Assembly: GCA_038217285.1 (NCBI GenBank)
Contig: JBBQPO010000149.1
Span: 1 to 15,256 of the forward strand
Direction of reading: 5' to 3'
DNA: 15,256 bases
Source of the DNA: Chthonomonadales bacterium
Lineage (GTDB): Bacteria; Armatimonadota; Chthonomonadetes; Chthonomonadales; Chthonomonadaceae
The position numbers and the translations under genes were made by a program. Positions 1-10,142 of the stretch are shown here, piece after piece. Every line of letters begins with the position of its first letter. The first letter of the stretch is position 1. The notes under the pieces are model-generated. The model saw nothing but the letters and a program-made list of their open reading frames with translations. It had not been told where the DNA came from and did not search any database.

Positions 1-1
1 T

Positions 2-52
2 GAAAGTTTGCCCGCCGAGTGGAAGGCTGAGATGTTGACGAAGAAGCCGTGA
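2..52 (+). CDS. 3' end of a gene entering from the left (ESLPAEWKAEMLTKKP*), product unknown
   Basis: Open frame with protein-like codons ending at TGA 50-52, converging on the DUF1501 stop at 83. Too short to assign. Confidence 0.35.
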   Translation, partial: ESLPAEWKAEMLTKKP

Positions 53-82
53 GGCGCTTCAGGCTGTCGAGTTGCACAGGAA

Positions 83-1591
83 TCACCCCATCAACGCCTT
101 CACCGGCTTCACCATCTCCACGCCCGTAAGTCGTCCATCGAGGCCCTGGTATTTGTAGCTGAAGCGCTCGTGGTCGTAGCCGAGAAGCCGCAGGACCGTC
201 GCGTGGAAGTCGTGGACATGGACGGGATCGCGGATAATATTGTAGGAGAAATCGTCGGTTTCGCCGTAGACCGTGCCCGGCTTGCTGCCGCCGCCCGCCA
301 TCCACATGGTGAAGCAGCGCGGATGGTGGTCGCGCCCATAGTTTTCGTGGCTGAGTCCGCCCTGCGAGTAGATCGTGCGCCCGAACTCGCCGCCCCATAT
401 AATCAGCGTGTCGTCGTACATACCGCGCTGTTTCAGGTCCTGCACGAGGCCCCAGCAGGCCTGGTCAACGTCTTTGCACTGGCTCGGCAGACGCCCCGCG
501 ACGTTGCCGTGGGTGTCCCAGTTGTTGTGATAGATCTGCACGAAGCGGACGCCGCGCTCGAGCATCCGCCGCGCCATCAGGGTCGTATTGGCGAAGGTCC
601 CCGGATTCTTGGCGTCGTCGCCGTAGAGCTTGTAGGTGGCGTCGGACTCTTTGCTCAGGTCGGTGAGTTCGGGTACGCTGGACTGCATCCGGAACGCCAG
701 CTCGTACTGGTTGATGCGGGTATGGGTCTCCTCATCCCCGACGAGGTGATAGTTCATCTCGTTGAGCGATTTGAGGCCGTCCAGGGTGCGCCGCCGCACC
801 TCCGGGGTCACTCCCGGCGGATTGTTGATGTAGAGGATGGGATCGCCGCTGGAGCGGAACGAGACGCCCGCATGCTCGCCGGGCAGATACCCGGAAGACC
901 AGAGTTTGGCGGAGATCGCCTGGACCTGCTCGATATTGGAGGGCTTGGCGACCAGCACCACGAAGGTCGGCAGGTTCTCATTCAGGGAGCCGAGGCCATA
1001 GGAAACCCACGCACCGAGGCAGGGACGGCCGGTAATCTGGTTGCCCGTCTGCATATAGGTGATGGCGGGCTCGTGGTTGATGGCGTCGGTGTGCATGCTG
1101 CGAACGAAGCACATATCGTCCACCATGCTCGCCGTGTGGGGCAGCAGTTCGCTGACCCACATGCCGCTCTTGCCATGCTGCGCGAACTTGTATTTTGAGG
1201 GCGCGATCGGGAAGCGCGTCTGTCCGGAGGTCATGGTCGTCAGGCGCTGGCCGTTACGCACCGACTCCGGGAGATCCTTGTCGTAGTACTGATCCATCGT
1301 CGGCTTGTAGTCGTAGAGGTCCAGTTGCGACGGTCCGCCGACCATGTGCAGATAGATGACCCGTTTGGCCTTGGGCGCGAAGTGCGGCAGCACCGCCCCA
1401 TGAAAGGCCGCTGCTCCAGCGGCTCCGCCTTTGAGAATCGGTTTGCCGGCCCCCGCCGCGAACGCCGCGCCGCCGAGCGCCGACATCGCGGCCATGCCCA
1501 TGACGTTCATTCCCCGGCTGAGGAACTGGCGACGGGTCTCCTGTCGAACCCACTCTTCGACAATGGGATGAATATTCTCTTTTTCGCTCAT
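83..1591 (-). CDS. DUF1501 family protein with Tat signal (planctomycete-type, alkaline-phosphatase/sulfatase-like fold), 502 aa
   Basis: Motifs TRRQFL (Tat), [57 protein letters not shown] 1591-1589 overlaps the upstream TGA (ATGA), so the start is MSEKEN rather than 1825. Confidence 0.92.
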   Translation of the reverse strand: MSEKENIHPIVEEWVRQETRRQFLSRGMNVMGMAAMSALGGAAFAAGAGKPILKGGAAGAAAFHGAVLPHFAPKAKRVIYLHMVGGPSQLDLYDYKPTMDQYYDKDLPESVRNGQRLTTMTSGQTRFPIAPSKYKFAQHGKSGMWVSELLPHTASMVDDMCFVRSMHTDAINHEPAITYMQTGNQITGRPCLGAWVSYGLGSLNENLPTFVVLVAKPSNIEQVQAISAKLWSSGYLPGEHAGVSFRSSGDPILYINNPPGVTPEVRRRTLDGLKSLNEMNYHLVGDEETHTRINQYELAFRMQSSVPELTDLSKESDATYKLYGDDAKNPGTFANTTLMARRMLERGVRFVQIYHNNWDTHGNVAGRLPSQCKDVDQACWGLVQDLKQRGMYDDTLIIWGGEFGRTIYSQGGLSHENYGRDHHPRCFTMWMAGGGSKPGTVYGETDDFSYNIIRDPVHVHDFHATVLRLLGYDHERFSYKYQGLDGRLTGVEMVKPVKALMG

Positions 1592-4500
1592 TTCGTCAGC
1601 ACCTCGTCCAGATTCATCAGTTGATTGACCAGCATGGTCCAGGCCGCCAGTCGTTCCGGTTTGACAGTCGGGTCGGCCTTGGAGTCTCCGACCACAATCA
1701 GTTGCTGCGCCTCTTTGGGATGCGCGTCGTAGAAGCGCTCGAGATCGGCCAGGGTTTTCTGTACGACCGGCTGCTCCGCCACGCGGAACGGACGCGCCAG
1801 CAACCGCTCCGCTACGAAGTCGCACTGCGCTTTCGGAGTTGCGCCGCCCTCTTTCAGAGCTCGCTGCGCCAGCATACGCGCCGCCTCAACGTACTGCACG
1901 TCGTTCAGGGTGACGAGCGCCTGGAGGGGCGTATCGGTTCGATCCCGGCGCACCGTACAGGACTCGCGCGACGGCGCATTGAAGATGTCGAGCGAGGCCG
2001 GGGGTGCGCTGCGCTTCCAGAACGTGTAGAGGCTGCGGCGATAGAGGCTGTCCCCCATATCGCGCTTGTAGAAATGGGTGTTGCTCTCGTTCATCGCGAC
2101 CGCTTCCCAGACGCCGTCAGGCTGGTAGGGTTTGACGCTAGGGCCGCCGATCTTGCGGACCAGTAGGCCGCTGGAGGCGAGCGCATAGTCGCGAATCATC
2201 TCGGCGTCCATGCGGAAGCGCGGGCCGCGCGACATCAATCGGTTTTTGGGGTCGCGCTGCATCTTCTCCGGCGTCACGGTGCCTGCCTGCCGGTAGGTCG
2301 CCGACATGACCATGAGTTTGTTGAACTTCTTGATGTCCCAGCCGTTTTCGCGGAACTCTACGGCCATCCAGTCCAGCAGTTCGGGATGTGTGGGGATCTC
2401 GCCGTTCACACCGAAGTCTGCGGCGGTCTGGACGAGTCCGGTACCGAATAGCTCCTGCCAGAAGCGGTTGACCGTGACACGGGCCGTAAGCGGATGCTCC
2501 GGACGCATCAGCCACTTCGCGAAGCCCAGGCGGTTGCGCGGATAGTCGGCGGGCATGGGCGGGAAGACGGCGGGCGTACCGGGCTTGACCGGGTCGCGGC
2601 GCTTGTCGTAGTCGCCCCGGTAGAGAATGAAAGCCTGCGCCTCTTCCGAGCGCTCCTGCATGACATGCGCTTCGGTGCCGCGCGCCTTGATGGCCCGCTG
2701 CTCCGCATCCAGCGCCGCGACTTTCGCCGAAAGTGTGCGGTAGGCGTCGTCCTTGGAGGTCAGCCAGCCCCCGAACAGTTCGTCCTTCTCGGTCGTCGTC
2801 AATGTCGCCGCGCCGCGGGAGGCGAGATAGACGGCGCGACTGGCCCGACCGAGCCGCGCGGCTTCGTCGGCGTTGAGTATGCGTCCGTAGAGGCGAACGT
2901 CCTGAATAGAGACGCCGTCCACGCCGGAGGTGCTGTGCCGCTGCCCGATCTTGAACGGGACATCGGTATGGATGCTCCCTTTGAGCGTGTTCGTCTCGAC
3001 ATCCGTATCCTGCGCCATGCCATCGATGTAGATATGGACGGAGTCGGGTTTGGCTCCGCCCGAGTAGGTGATGCAGACATGATGCCATTTGCCCGGCGAA
3101 AGAGGCGTACGTGACACGACTTTGAGGGCGTCGGTCGGCCACTTATCGATGATATGGGTGGCGATGCGGGAGCCTTGCAGCCACATATCCCAGCCGCGAA
3201 ACTCGTGCATATCGTCCATGCGCGCCATGATCGCGCCGTTGGCGTTGCCGTTCGGCACCTTGACCCAGGCGGCGTAGGAGAAGGCCTGATCTTTCTCGAA
3301 GTCGCCTGCGCTGGGGATCTCCAGCGCGGTGTTGGGCTGACGCTGAAACGCCTTCGCCGCGACGCTGCCGGTGTCCCATTTCGGATCGGCGGCGGTGGTC
3401 AGGTGGACCTCCTTGCCGTCGAGGTGCGCCAGAACGGCCCTGCCCTGCCCCTCCGAAAGCGCAGCCTGGAACCGCAGTCCGGCTGTCGGCACCTCGCTGG
3501 CGAACCCCTGCACACCCAATTTGTCCAGCCCTGCCTCGAAATCGGAGCGGGCGGCGGTCTTACGGGCCTCGGCCTCTTTGCGCGCATCCGCCAGTTCGGT
3601 GCTCACGGCATCGAAGCGCGGGCGATCCTCTTCCCGTGGCACGAGCATGACCGGCGGCGTGTTGGAGATGTTGCCGTCCATGATCGGCTGCGTCGTGTTG
3701 TTGAACAGCGCCGACATGGAGTAGAAGTCCTTCTGCGTGAAGGGATCGAACTTGTGGTCATGGCAGACGGTGCAGTTGAGGGTCGAGCCCAGGAAGACCG
3801 CCGAGGTGGTCTCGGTCCGGTCACGGGCGTAGAGTACGGCGTACTCTTCGGTGATCGCGCCGCCCTCGTTCGTGGTGATGTTGCAGCGGTTGAACCCGGT
3901 CGCGATACGCTGATCGAGCGTCGGACTGGGCAGCAGATCCCCGGCGAGTTGTTCAATCGTGAACTGGTCGAACGGCATGTTCTTGTTGAACGCCTTGATC
4001 ACCCAGTCGCGGTAGGCCCAGATTTCGCGGTAGTTGTCGATGTGGATGCCGTTGGTGTCGGCGTAGCGGGCCGCATCCAGCCAGTATTTGGCGCGATGCT
4101 CGCCCCACTGCGGCGTGGCGAGGAACTTGTCCACCAGGTTCTCATACGCTTTCGGCGATTTGTCGTTGACGAACCTCTCTACATCGGCGGGCTCCGGCGG
4201 CAGCCCGGTCAGATCGAGGCTGACGCGGCGCGCGAGGGTGCGGCGGTCCGCTTCCGGCGCGGGTTTCAGTCCCGACTTCTCCAGTTTCGCCAGAATGAAT
4301 CGATCGATCGGGTTGCGGACCCAGGCGGCGTCCTTGACAGCGGGCAGCGGGGCGCGTTTCGGCGCGATATAGGCCCAGTGCTGCTCATAGACAGCCCCCT
4401 CCGCAATCCAGCGTTTCAATACGGCTATCTGCTGTAAACTCAGGCTTTTATGCCCGACAGGCGGGGGCATCAGTGGGCCTTTGCCCGTGATCCGCTGTAC

Positions 4501-4830
4501 CATCTCACTGGCGTCCGGCTTGCCCGGCACAACCGCCGTCACACCGTCCTTGACTGCCGTGGCTTCGGCGAACTTGTCGAGGCGCAGTCCGGCCTTCCGC
4601 GACGCCGAGTCCGGTCCATGACAGGCGAAGCAGTTCTCCGCCAGGATCGGCCGCACGTCCCGGTTATACCGAACCGGTCCGACCGTAAGAACGGGAGCCG
4701 TCTTCGCTTTCGTTTTCGGTTTGGGCGGCGTCGGCCCTGCCCACGTCGTGAAAGCCGTCAGTAACAGCAGTCCCGCCGTCGTGCCCGTGAGCATCAGCCC
4801 TTTGCCCTGTAGCGTAGAGAAACCTGTCAT
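1588..4830 (-). CDS. Planctomycete cytochrome c / DUF1549 (PSCyt2) / LamG-like / DUF1553 (PSD1) protein, about 1080 aa
   Basis: Signal peptide; [18 protein letters not shown] (heme motif 4618-4632); [23 protein letters not shown] (3760-3774); central LamG-like segment (FSYAAWVK...WHHVCITY...IYIDG...IQDVRLY); [40 protein letters not shown] 4830 has GAGGGG upstream; ATG 4794 is an alternative start. Confidence 0.92.
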   Translation of the reverse strand: MTGFSTLQGKGLMLTGTTAGLLLLTAFTTWAGPTPPKPKTKAKTAPVLTVGPVRYNRDVRPILAENCFACHGPDSASRKAGLRLDKFAEATAVKDGVTAVVPGKPDASEMVQRITGKGPLMPPPVGHKSLSLQQIAVLKRWIAEGAVYEQHWAYIAPKRAPLPAVKDAAWVRNPIDRFILAKLEKSGLKPAPEADRRTLARRVSLDLTGLPPEPADVERFVNDKSPKAYENLVDKFLATPQWGEHRAKYWLDAARYADTNGIHIDNYREIWAYRDWVIKAFNKNMPFDQFTIEQLAGDLLPSPTLDQRIATGFNRCNITTNEGGAITEEYAVLYARDRTETTSAVFLGSTLNCTVCHDHKFDPFTQKDFYSMSALFNNTTQPIMDGNISNTPPVMLVPREEDRPRFDAVSTELADARKEAEARKTAARSDFEAGLDKLGVQGFASEVPTAGLRFQAALSEGQGRAVLAHLDGKEVHLTTAADPKWDTGSVAAKAFQRQPNTALEIPSAGDFEKDQAFSYAAWVKVPNGNANGAIMARMDDMHEFRGWDMWLQGSRIATHIIDKWPTDALKVVSRTPLSPGKWHHVCITYSGGAKPDSVHIYIDGMAQDTDVETNTLKGSIHTDVPFKIGQRHSTSGVDGVSIQDVRLYGRILNADEAARLGRASRAVYLASRGAATLTTTEKDELFGGWLTSKDDAYRTLSAKVAALDAEQRAIKARGTEAHVMQERSEEAQAFILYRGDYDKRRDPVKPGTPAVFPPMPADYPRNRLGFAKWLMRPEHPLTARVTVNRFWQELFGTGLVQTAADFGVNGEIPTHPELLDWMAVEFRENGWDIKKFNKLMVMSATYRQAGTVTPEKMQRDPKNRLMSRGPRFRMDAEMIRDYALASSGLLVRKIGGPSVKPYQPDGVWEAVAMNESNTHFYKRDMGDSLYRRSLYTFWKRSAPPASLDIFNAPSRESCTVRRDRTDTPLQALVTLNDVQYVEAARMLAQRALKEGGATPKAQCDFVAERLLARPFRVAEQPVVQKTLADLERFYDAHPKEAQQLIVVGDSKADPTVKPERLAAWTMLVNQLMNLDEVLTK

Positions 4831-5173
4831 AAGCCCAAAACCCCTCGCCTTCGAAATAAGCTCGGTCCGATACGTTTGCTCTGTCCAGGCTCGATATCGC
4901 CTCACACCTCGAATAGCCTCGGAGCTGCGCTATTCTACTACATTCTATGGCAACGTGCCTGCTGTTGCAGCGTGCCTGTGATCTCCAGGGTCAGAAAGAG
5001 GGAGTCAATCCAAGTTCGCCCCACTGACCGACATGAGAAGAAGTCGCGCTATTCACAGTCTACAGGGTACAGTGTTTTCCAGGGAATTTCTATAGCGCGA
5101 ACCGCTACAAACCTATAACATATCGTTGTACTGTAAACACCAAGCGAGAGCAAAATGCGTGAATTTTGTTGTT

Positions 5174-5203
5174 TTGTCGTTGCCTTAGCCACAATGTTAC
5201 ACT
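5174..5203 (+). promoter_or_regulatory. Candidate sigma70 promoter for the DUF1592-DUF1552 operon
   Basis: TTGTCG-N18-TACACT with TG at 5195-5196 (extended -10), preceded by a T-rich tract. Confidence 0.4.
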
Positions 5204-5339
5204 TTTGCTAAAAGCACCCCGTGCGTTCAAAAACCTACGGTCAAGAATTTTACTGGACAGAAGGTCATAACTCATGTCGGCTCACATTTGCTCCACGATA
5301 CATGGCCGATTGTAGTTAAGAAAGAGGAAGCGTTCCGAT

Positions 5340-5453
5340 ATGTCTGGTGCACAGATCGAAGAAGCGAGTTATGCCCCCTTACCAGGTACCGATGGTAGGA
5401 ACTCCTTTTCGATGCAACAAATCCAGGCCGAGCAGGCTCTAACCGGGTATTAG
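5340..5453 (+). CDS. Possible small ORF, 37 aa ([37 protein letters not shown])
   Basis: ATG 5340 to TAG 5453, with purine-rich AAAGAGGAAG at 5321-5330. No homology recognised. Confidence 0.25.
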   Translation: MSGAQIEEASYAPLPGTDGRNSFSMQQIQAEQALTGY

Positions 5454-5509
5454 CTTCCCTTCGGAACCTCACGCAAGGCTATTCTCCACACTACAAAGCG
5501 TTTGAAGGA

Positions 5510-8191
5510 ATGTACCGAATGCACAAGAACAGATTATCTCCAGGCCAGCCGGAAAATGTCTGTAGGAATACAGCGCAGGCGTTGAGAAGGCGTTGGCCCT
5601 TCTTTTTGCTTCCGCTTGGAGGGGGGGCACTGTTGGTTTCCGCCGTCGTGTCGAAGGGCAGCGTTCCTGATGTCGCCCACGCACAGACGGCGCAGGTCAT
5701 GCCGCCCGCAGTGCAGAGTTTTCTCCGTCGAAACTGCGTTGCCTGTCACAGTAAGAAAAGCGCCAGCGGTGGGTTGGATCTCACCACGACCGCGTTTCGA
5801 CCGAACGACGCAAGCAATTTCAACCTCTGGGTCAAGGTGCATGACCGTGTCTCTGCCGGGGAGATGCCGCCGAAGACTTTTCCCCAGCCCACTCCCACCG
5901 CCCGCACGAACTTTCTCAGTGCCCTCGGGCAGCCCTTGATTGCTATCGACGAGGCGCGAGTTCGACGGGAGGGCCGGGCCATCTGGCGGCGGATGAACCG
6001 TTATGAGTACGAGAACACCTTGCGGGATCTGCTCGACGCGCCGTGGCTGCAGATCAAGGAGATGCTCCCCGAAGACGGATTGGCATTCCGGTTCAACAAG
6101 GTCGGAGAGGCGCTGGATGTTTCGCATGTGCAGATGAGCCGCTACCTTGCCGCGGCCGACTATGCCCTCCGGGAGGCGATGCCCCAGCAGACGGCGCGCC
6201 CGGAAACCAGGACAGTGCGGTACTACGCGCGGGAGCAGCGCTCTTTTGTCGGCCCCGCGAAATTCACCGTGTTCAACGGCAGTCCGGAACGGGCGACCTT
6301 TCCTATCCTCGGCAACGCGGCGGATATTCCGGCCCTCGAAGAGACGGGGCCGATGACAGTCGGTGCAAAGGATCCGGCAACGCGAGAACTCGAAGCGATG
6401 GGTGTGGTGGCGAGCGCCTACGAACCGCTCCAGCCGCGATTCAATCAGTTCCGCGCCCCTGTCTCCGGACGCTACAAACTTCGCCTCTGCGCCCACTCCT
6501 TCTGGGCCGCTCCGGAGAGCGACAAACGCTGGTGGCGGCCAGACCGTAAGGTGCTCTCCGCAGGCCGCACCCAGGAGCCAATCAGCCTCTATGCTGCCTC
6601 GCCGCCGCAGCAGTTGCGGAAGCTGGGAAGCGTCGATGTCGGGCCTGCTGCAACCGTCGGAGAGATCGACGTCGAGTTGCTTGCGGGCGAGACGATTCTG
6701 CCCGACGCGGCGCGCTTCTTCCGTTCGCGCCCGCCCAACTGGCACAACCCGCTGGCGCAGAAGGACGGCCAGCCGGGCGTCGCCTTTCAGTGGCTGGAGG
6801 TCGTCGGACCAATCTACGACTCCTGGCCCACGCGCGGCCAGCGTCTGCTCTGTGGCGACTTACCCTTGAAAGCCGTAGGCAAAGGGCCGGTCGAGATCGT
6901 ACCCAACGATCCGAACGCGGATGCGGCGCGGCTGGTGCGCGGGTTTGTGCAGGGTGCCCTGCGTCGTCCGGTGCAGGACGCCGACGTCCAGCCGTTTGTG
7001 AAGCTGTTCCATACCGCCCGCGATGCCGGAGCGAGTTTTACGGAGGCGATCCTCACCGCCGACACGGCGGTGCTCTGCTCGCCCGCCTTTATCACGCTGG
7101 AGGAGAGGCCGGGCCCGCTGGAAGACCATGCGCTGGCCTCGCGTCTGGCCTACTTCCTCTGGAACTCGGAGCCGGATTCCACGCTGCGCGCGCTGGCGGA
7201 CCAGGGCGCGCTGCGCAAGCCTGGCGTGCTGCAGGCGCAGACGGCGCGGATGCTCGCCGATCCCCGCGCACAGCGATTCGTGGAGGCGTTTCTCGACTAC
7301 TGGCTCGATCTGCGGAAGACCAACAATAACTCGCCCGACGAAGCGCTGTATCCCGACTACTATCTGGACGACTACCTCACGGAGTCGTCGGTGGACGAGA
7401 CCCGCGCCTTCTTCGCGGAGTTGGTACGGGGCGACCTCCCGGCGCGCAGTCTGGTAGCGTCGGACTTCGTAATGATCAATGGGCGCCTCGCCACGCTCTA
7501 CGGCATACCGGGCGTCGAGGGCTCCGCGATCCGTCGTGTCGCACTGCCGAAGGACTCGGTACGGGGGGGCCTGCTCACCCAGGCCAGTGTGCTAAAGGTG
7601 ACCGCCAACGGCACGACGACCTCTCCTGTCCTGCGCGGAGTCTGGATCAATGAGCGCATCCTCGGTCAGCCGGTTCCGCCGCCACCGCCCGCCGTTCCCG
7701 CCGTCGAGCCCGATATCCGGGGCGCGACGACGATACGGGAACAGCTCGCCAAACATCGTACGCAGGCCACCTGCAGCGCCTGCCATGCCCGGATCGATCC
7801 GCCCGGCTTTGCCCTGGAGAGCTTCGATGTCTTCGGCGGCTGGCGCGACCGCTACCGCGCGCTGGGGGACGGAACGCATCCGCCCGGTTATGGCAAGAAC
7901 GGCCAGCCCTTCACGTTCTTCGCCGCCCAGCCCGTGGACCCCTCCGGCGTACTGCGCGATGGGCGTCGTTTCAACGATGTACGGGATTTCAAGCGCCTGT
8001 TACTTCAGGACGAGCGTCAGATCGCCCGCAACCTTGTCCGACAGCTCGTCACCTACTCCACGGGCGCACCGGTGCGGTTCGGCGACCGACCGAAAATCGA
8101 AGCGATCCTGGATCGCGCCCAACCCGGCGGATATGGGGTAAAATCCCTTGTACGCGGCATCATCGACAGCGAACTCTTCAGGAACAAGTGA
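5510..8191 (+). CDS. DUF1592-family protein (planctomycete cytochrome c + DUF1587/1595/1592/1588/1585), 893 aa
   Basis: Hydrophobic N-terminus ending in AHA; CVACH (5735-5749); WVKV...[84 protein letters not shown] (heme motif 7772-7786). The start could be 5519. Confidence 0.92.
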   Translation: MYRMHKNRLSPGQPENVCRNTAQALRRRWPFFLLPLGGGALLVSAVVSKGSVPDVAHAQTAQVMPPAVQSFLRRNCVACHSKKSASGGLDLTTTAFRPNDASNFNLWVKVHDRVSAGEMPPKTFPQPTPTARTNFLSALGQPLIAIDEARVRREGRAIWRRMNRYEYENTLRDLLDAPWLQIKEMLPEDGLAFRFNKVGEALDVSHVQMSRYLAAADYALREAMPQQTARPETRTVRYYAREQRSFVGPAKFTVFNGSPERATFPILGNAADIPALEETGPMTVGAKDPATRELEAMGVVASAYEPLQPRFNQFRAPVSGRYKLRLCAHSFWAAPESDKRWWRPDRKVLSAGRTQEPISLYAASPPQQLRKLGSVDVGPAATVGEIDVELLAGETILPDAARFFRSRPPNWHNPLAQKDGQPGVAFQWLEVVGPIYDSWPTRGQRLLCGDLPLKAVGKGPVEIVPNDPNADAARLVRGFVQGALRRPVQDADVQPFVKLFHTARDAGASFTEAILTADTAVLCSPAFITLEERPGPLEDHALASRLAYFLWNSEPDSTLRALADQGALRKPGVLQAQTARMLADPRAQRFVEAFLDYWLDLRKTNNNSPDEALYPDYYLDDYLTESSVDETRAFFAELVRGDLPARSLVASDFVMINGRLATLYGIPGVEGSAIRRVALPKDSVRGGLLTQASVLKVTANGTTTSPVLRGVWINERILGQPVPPPPPAVPAVEPDIRGATTIREQLAKHRTQATCSACHARIDPPGFALESFDVFGGWRDRYRALGDGTHPPGYGKNGQPFTFFAAQPVDPSGVLRDGRRFNDVRDFKRLLLQDERQIARNLVRQLVTYSTGAPVRFGDRPKIEAILDRAQPGGYGVKSLVRGIIDSELFRNK

Positions 8192-8195
8192 ATCT

Positions 8196-9521
8196 ATGAA
8201 AACCGTTCATATCTGCACATCGCACACTCTCTCACGCCGCCATTTTTTGCGCGGTGCCGGGGTTTTATTGGGCCTGCCCCTTCTGGACGCGATGCTGCCT
8301 GCCTTCGCGCAGGCCGACCCGAAGAGCCTCATTCCGCGCCGTTTTCTCGGGATCTGCAATAACCTGGGTGTGCTGCCGGACAAGTTCTTCCCTGCGGCGG
8401 ATCAGACCGGGCGGGACTACGCGCTCTCCCCCTATCTGGAGCACCTCCGCGACTTCCGCGCGGACTTCACGGTCTGCAGCGGCCTCTGGCATCCCGATGT
8501 GGACGGCGGGCATCCGGCGGACATCTGCTTCCTGACCGCCGCGCCCCACCCTTCGAGCGGCGGCTTTCGCAACAGCATCTCGCTCGATCAGTTCGTGGCC
8601 GAGCGCATCGGACACCTGACCCGTTTCCCCTCCCTCACGCTAGGCGTCAATGTGGTGCAGGGTGCGCGCAGCCTCTCCTTCACCGGCGGAGGCGTGCTGA
8701 TTCCCTGTGAGGACAAGCCCTCTGAGGTCTTCAAACGCCTCTTTCTGGGAGGATCCCCGGTGGAAGTCCAGGCCCAGGCGCGCCGACTGGCGCTCGGACA
8801 GAGCATTATGGACACCATCGCGGATCAGACCAAACGCCTGCAGCGCAACGTCGGCGCGAAAGATCGGGAGCGACTCGATCAGTACTTTACCGGTGTGCGT
8901 GATCTCGAAAATCGTCTTGTTCAGTCGGCCGAGTGGGAGAAGAAGCCGCGCCCGGTCGTGACCGAGAAGCCGCCGGTCGATCCCAAAGATCCGCGCGAAT
9001 ATATGGAGAAGGTACGGATCATGTACGATCTCGCGCGTCTGGCCTTCGCGACCGACTCCACCCGCAACATCACCCTGATGCTCGACAGCGTCAACTCCCC
9101 CGCCATCGAGGTCGAAGGGAAGGCCGTCTCCGACGGCTACCACAACCTGTCGCATCACGGCCGAAGTCCCGCGAAGCTAGCGCAGCTCGAAATGATCGAC
9201 CGCGAGCACATGAAACTCCTGGCGGGCCTCTTCGCAAGCCTCAAATCGCAGCGGGAGGGCAACGAGACGTTGCTGGACCGCACGATGGTCCTCTACGGCA
9301 GCAACCTCGGCAACGCGAACACCCACGTGACGACGAACCTACCCGTTCTCTTCGCAGGCGGCGGCTTCCGGCACGGCAAGCATCTCGCCTTCGACCGTGA
9401 CCGGAACTATCCGCTGCCAAACCTCTTCGTGAACGTCCTTCAGCGTTTCGGCATCGAGTCGGACCATTTCGCCTCCAGCACCGGCACGATGCGCGGCCTG
9501 GAGATGCTCAAAACCTCCTGA
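8196..9521 (+). CDS. DUF1552 (HXXSHH) family protein with Tat signal, 441 aa
   Basis: [87 protein letters not shown] lies 4 nt after the upstream stop. Confidence 0.92.
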   Translation: MKTVHICTSHTLSRRHFLRGAGVLLGLPLLDAMLPAFAQADPKSLIPRRFLGICNNLGVLPDKFFPAADQTGRDYALSPYLEHLRDFRADFTVCSGLWHPDVDGGHPADICFLTAAPHPSSGGFRNSISLDQFVAERIGHLTRFPSLTLGVNVVQGARSLSFTGGGVLIPCEDKPSEVFKRLFLGGSPVEVQAQARRLALGQSIMDTIADQTKRLQRNVGAKDRERLDQYFTGVRDLENRLVQSAEWEKKPRPVVTEKPPVDPKDPREYMEKVRIMYDLARLAFATDSTRNITLMLDSVNSPAIEVEGKAVSDGYHNLSHHGRSPAKLAQLEMIDREHMKLLAGLFASLKSQREGNETLLDRTMVLYGSNLGNANTHVTTNLPVLFAGGGFRHGKHLAFDRDRNYPLPNLFVNVLQRFGIESDHFASSTGTMRGLEMLKTS

Positions 9522-9540
9522 TCGGACGCATTTGTTCCTT

Positions 9541-9584
9541 ACCCTGCGTCGCTTCGTCACCGCGACGCAGGGTGATCCTTTTCT
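9541..9584 (+). terminator. Strong hairpin, probable intrinsic terminator of the DUF1592-DUF1552 operon
   Basis: Perfect 12-bp stem ACCCTGCGTCGC (9541-9552) / GCGACGCAGGGT (9562-9573), 9-nt loop, then GATCCTTTTCT. Starts 20 nt after the stop. Confidence 0.65.
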
Positions 9585-9610
9585 GTTAAAGCATAAGCAA
9601 GGACATCCTT

Positions 9611-10138
9611 TTGCGTGAATTGCGTGAAAAAGCGGAATCGGTTCTCCTGCCGGTCGTTGGTTTGACTTTCTGGGGAATCAACCGCGCGGTAGATATGCAG
9701 ATGTTTCAGTTCGGGCAGAGGCGGCATACCCTCGGTTGGCGGGGTCGAGAGGGAGTGAGGGGTGATTACGGTCTGCACGTCCAGTGCCCATGGCGCATTG
9801 TCGGGCCAGAGGGCATTGTGGTCGGTTCGCATGACGTGTACTATCCCCCCGGTGATCCGGACATCGAACCGCCGGACTTCAAGTGGGACACGATAGGCGC
9901 CAACCGGCGCGATCAGCGGCTGAGTGCCCTCTTTGCTGTTCGAGAAGAAAAACCGTTCGTCGTCACAGGCGTAATAGCTGACAACGTGGGCGGTGTGACG
10001 ATCACGTTGAGCGACGGCTATAAGCTGGAGCTCTGGCCTTACGATTCTCGTCCCAACGAACACTGGCGGCTCTTGCAGCATCATGGAGAGAAAGCACGAC
10101 ATTTCGTAATGACTGGCGCAGGGATCGAAGAGGATTGA
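9611..10138 (+). CDS. Conserved-looking hypothetical protein, 175 aa
   Basis: TTG start with AAGGA 7 nt upstream; globular composition with motifs LHVQCPWRI and EHWRLL; 4-nt gap to the next gene. Confidence 0.75.
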   Translation: MRELREKAESVLLPVVGLTFWGINRAVDMQMFQFGQRRHTLGWRGREGVRGDYGLHVQCPWRIVGPEGIVVGSHDVYYPPGDPDIEPPDFKWDTIGANRRDQRLSALFAVREEKPFVVTGVIADNVGGVTITLSDGYKLELWPYDSRPNEHWRLLQHHGEKARHFVMTGAGIEED

Positions 10139-10142
10139 AGGG

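Noticed and set aside
83..1591. Classical formylglycine sulfatase
   Set aside because: No (C/S)xPxR motif is present; DUF1501 motifs are present instead.
1592..1825. N-terminal extension of the DUF1501 ORF
   Set aside because: It overlaps the conserved C-terminus of the DUF1553 gene. The ATGA coupling and Tat motif place the start at 1591.
170..6745. Long alternative ORFs (170-1198, 2138-3142, 3154-4437, 5534-6745 and others)
   Set aside because: Shadow frames of GC-rich genes with no recognisable motifs.
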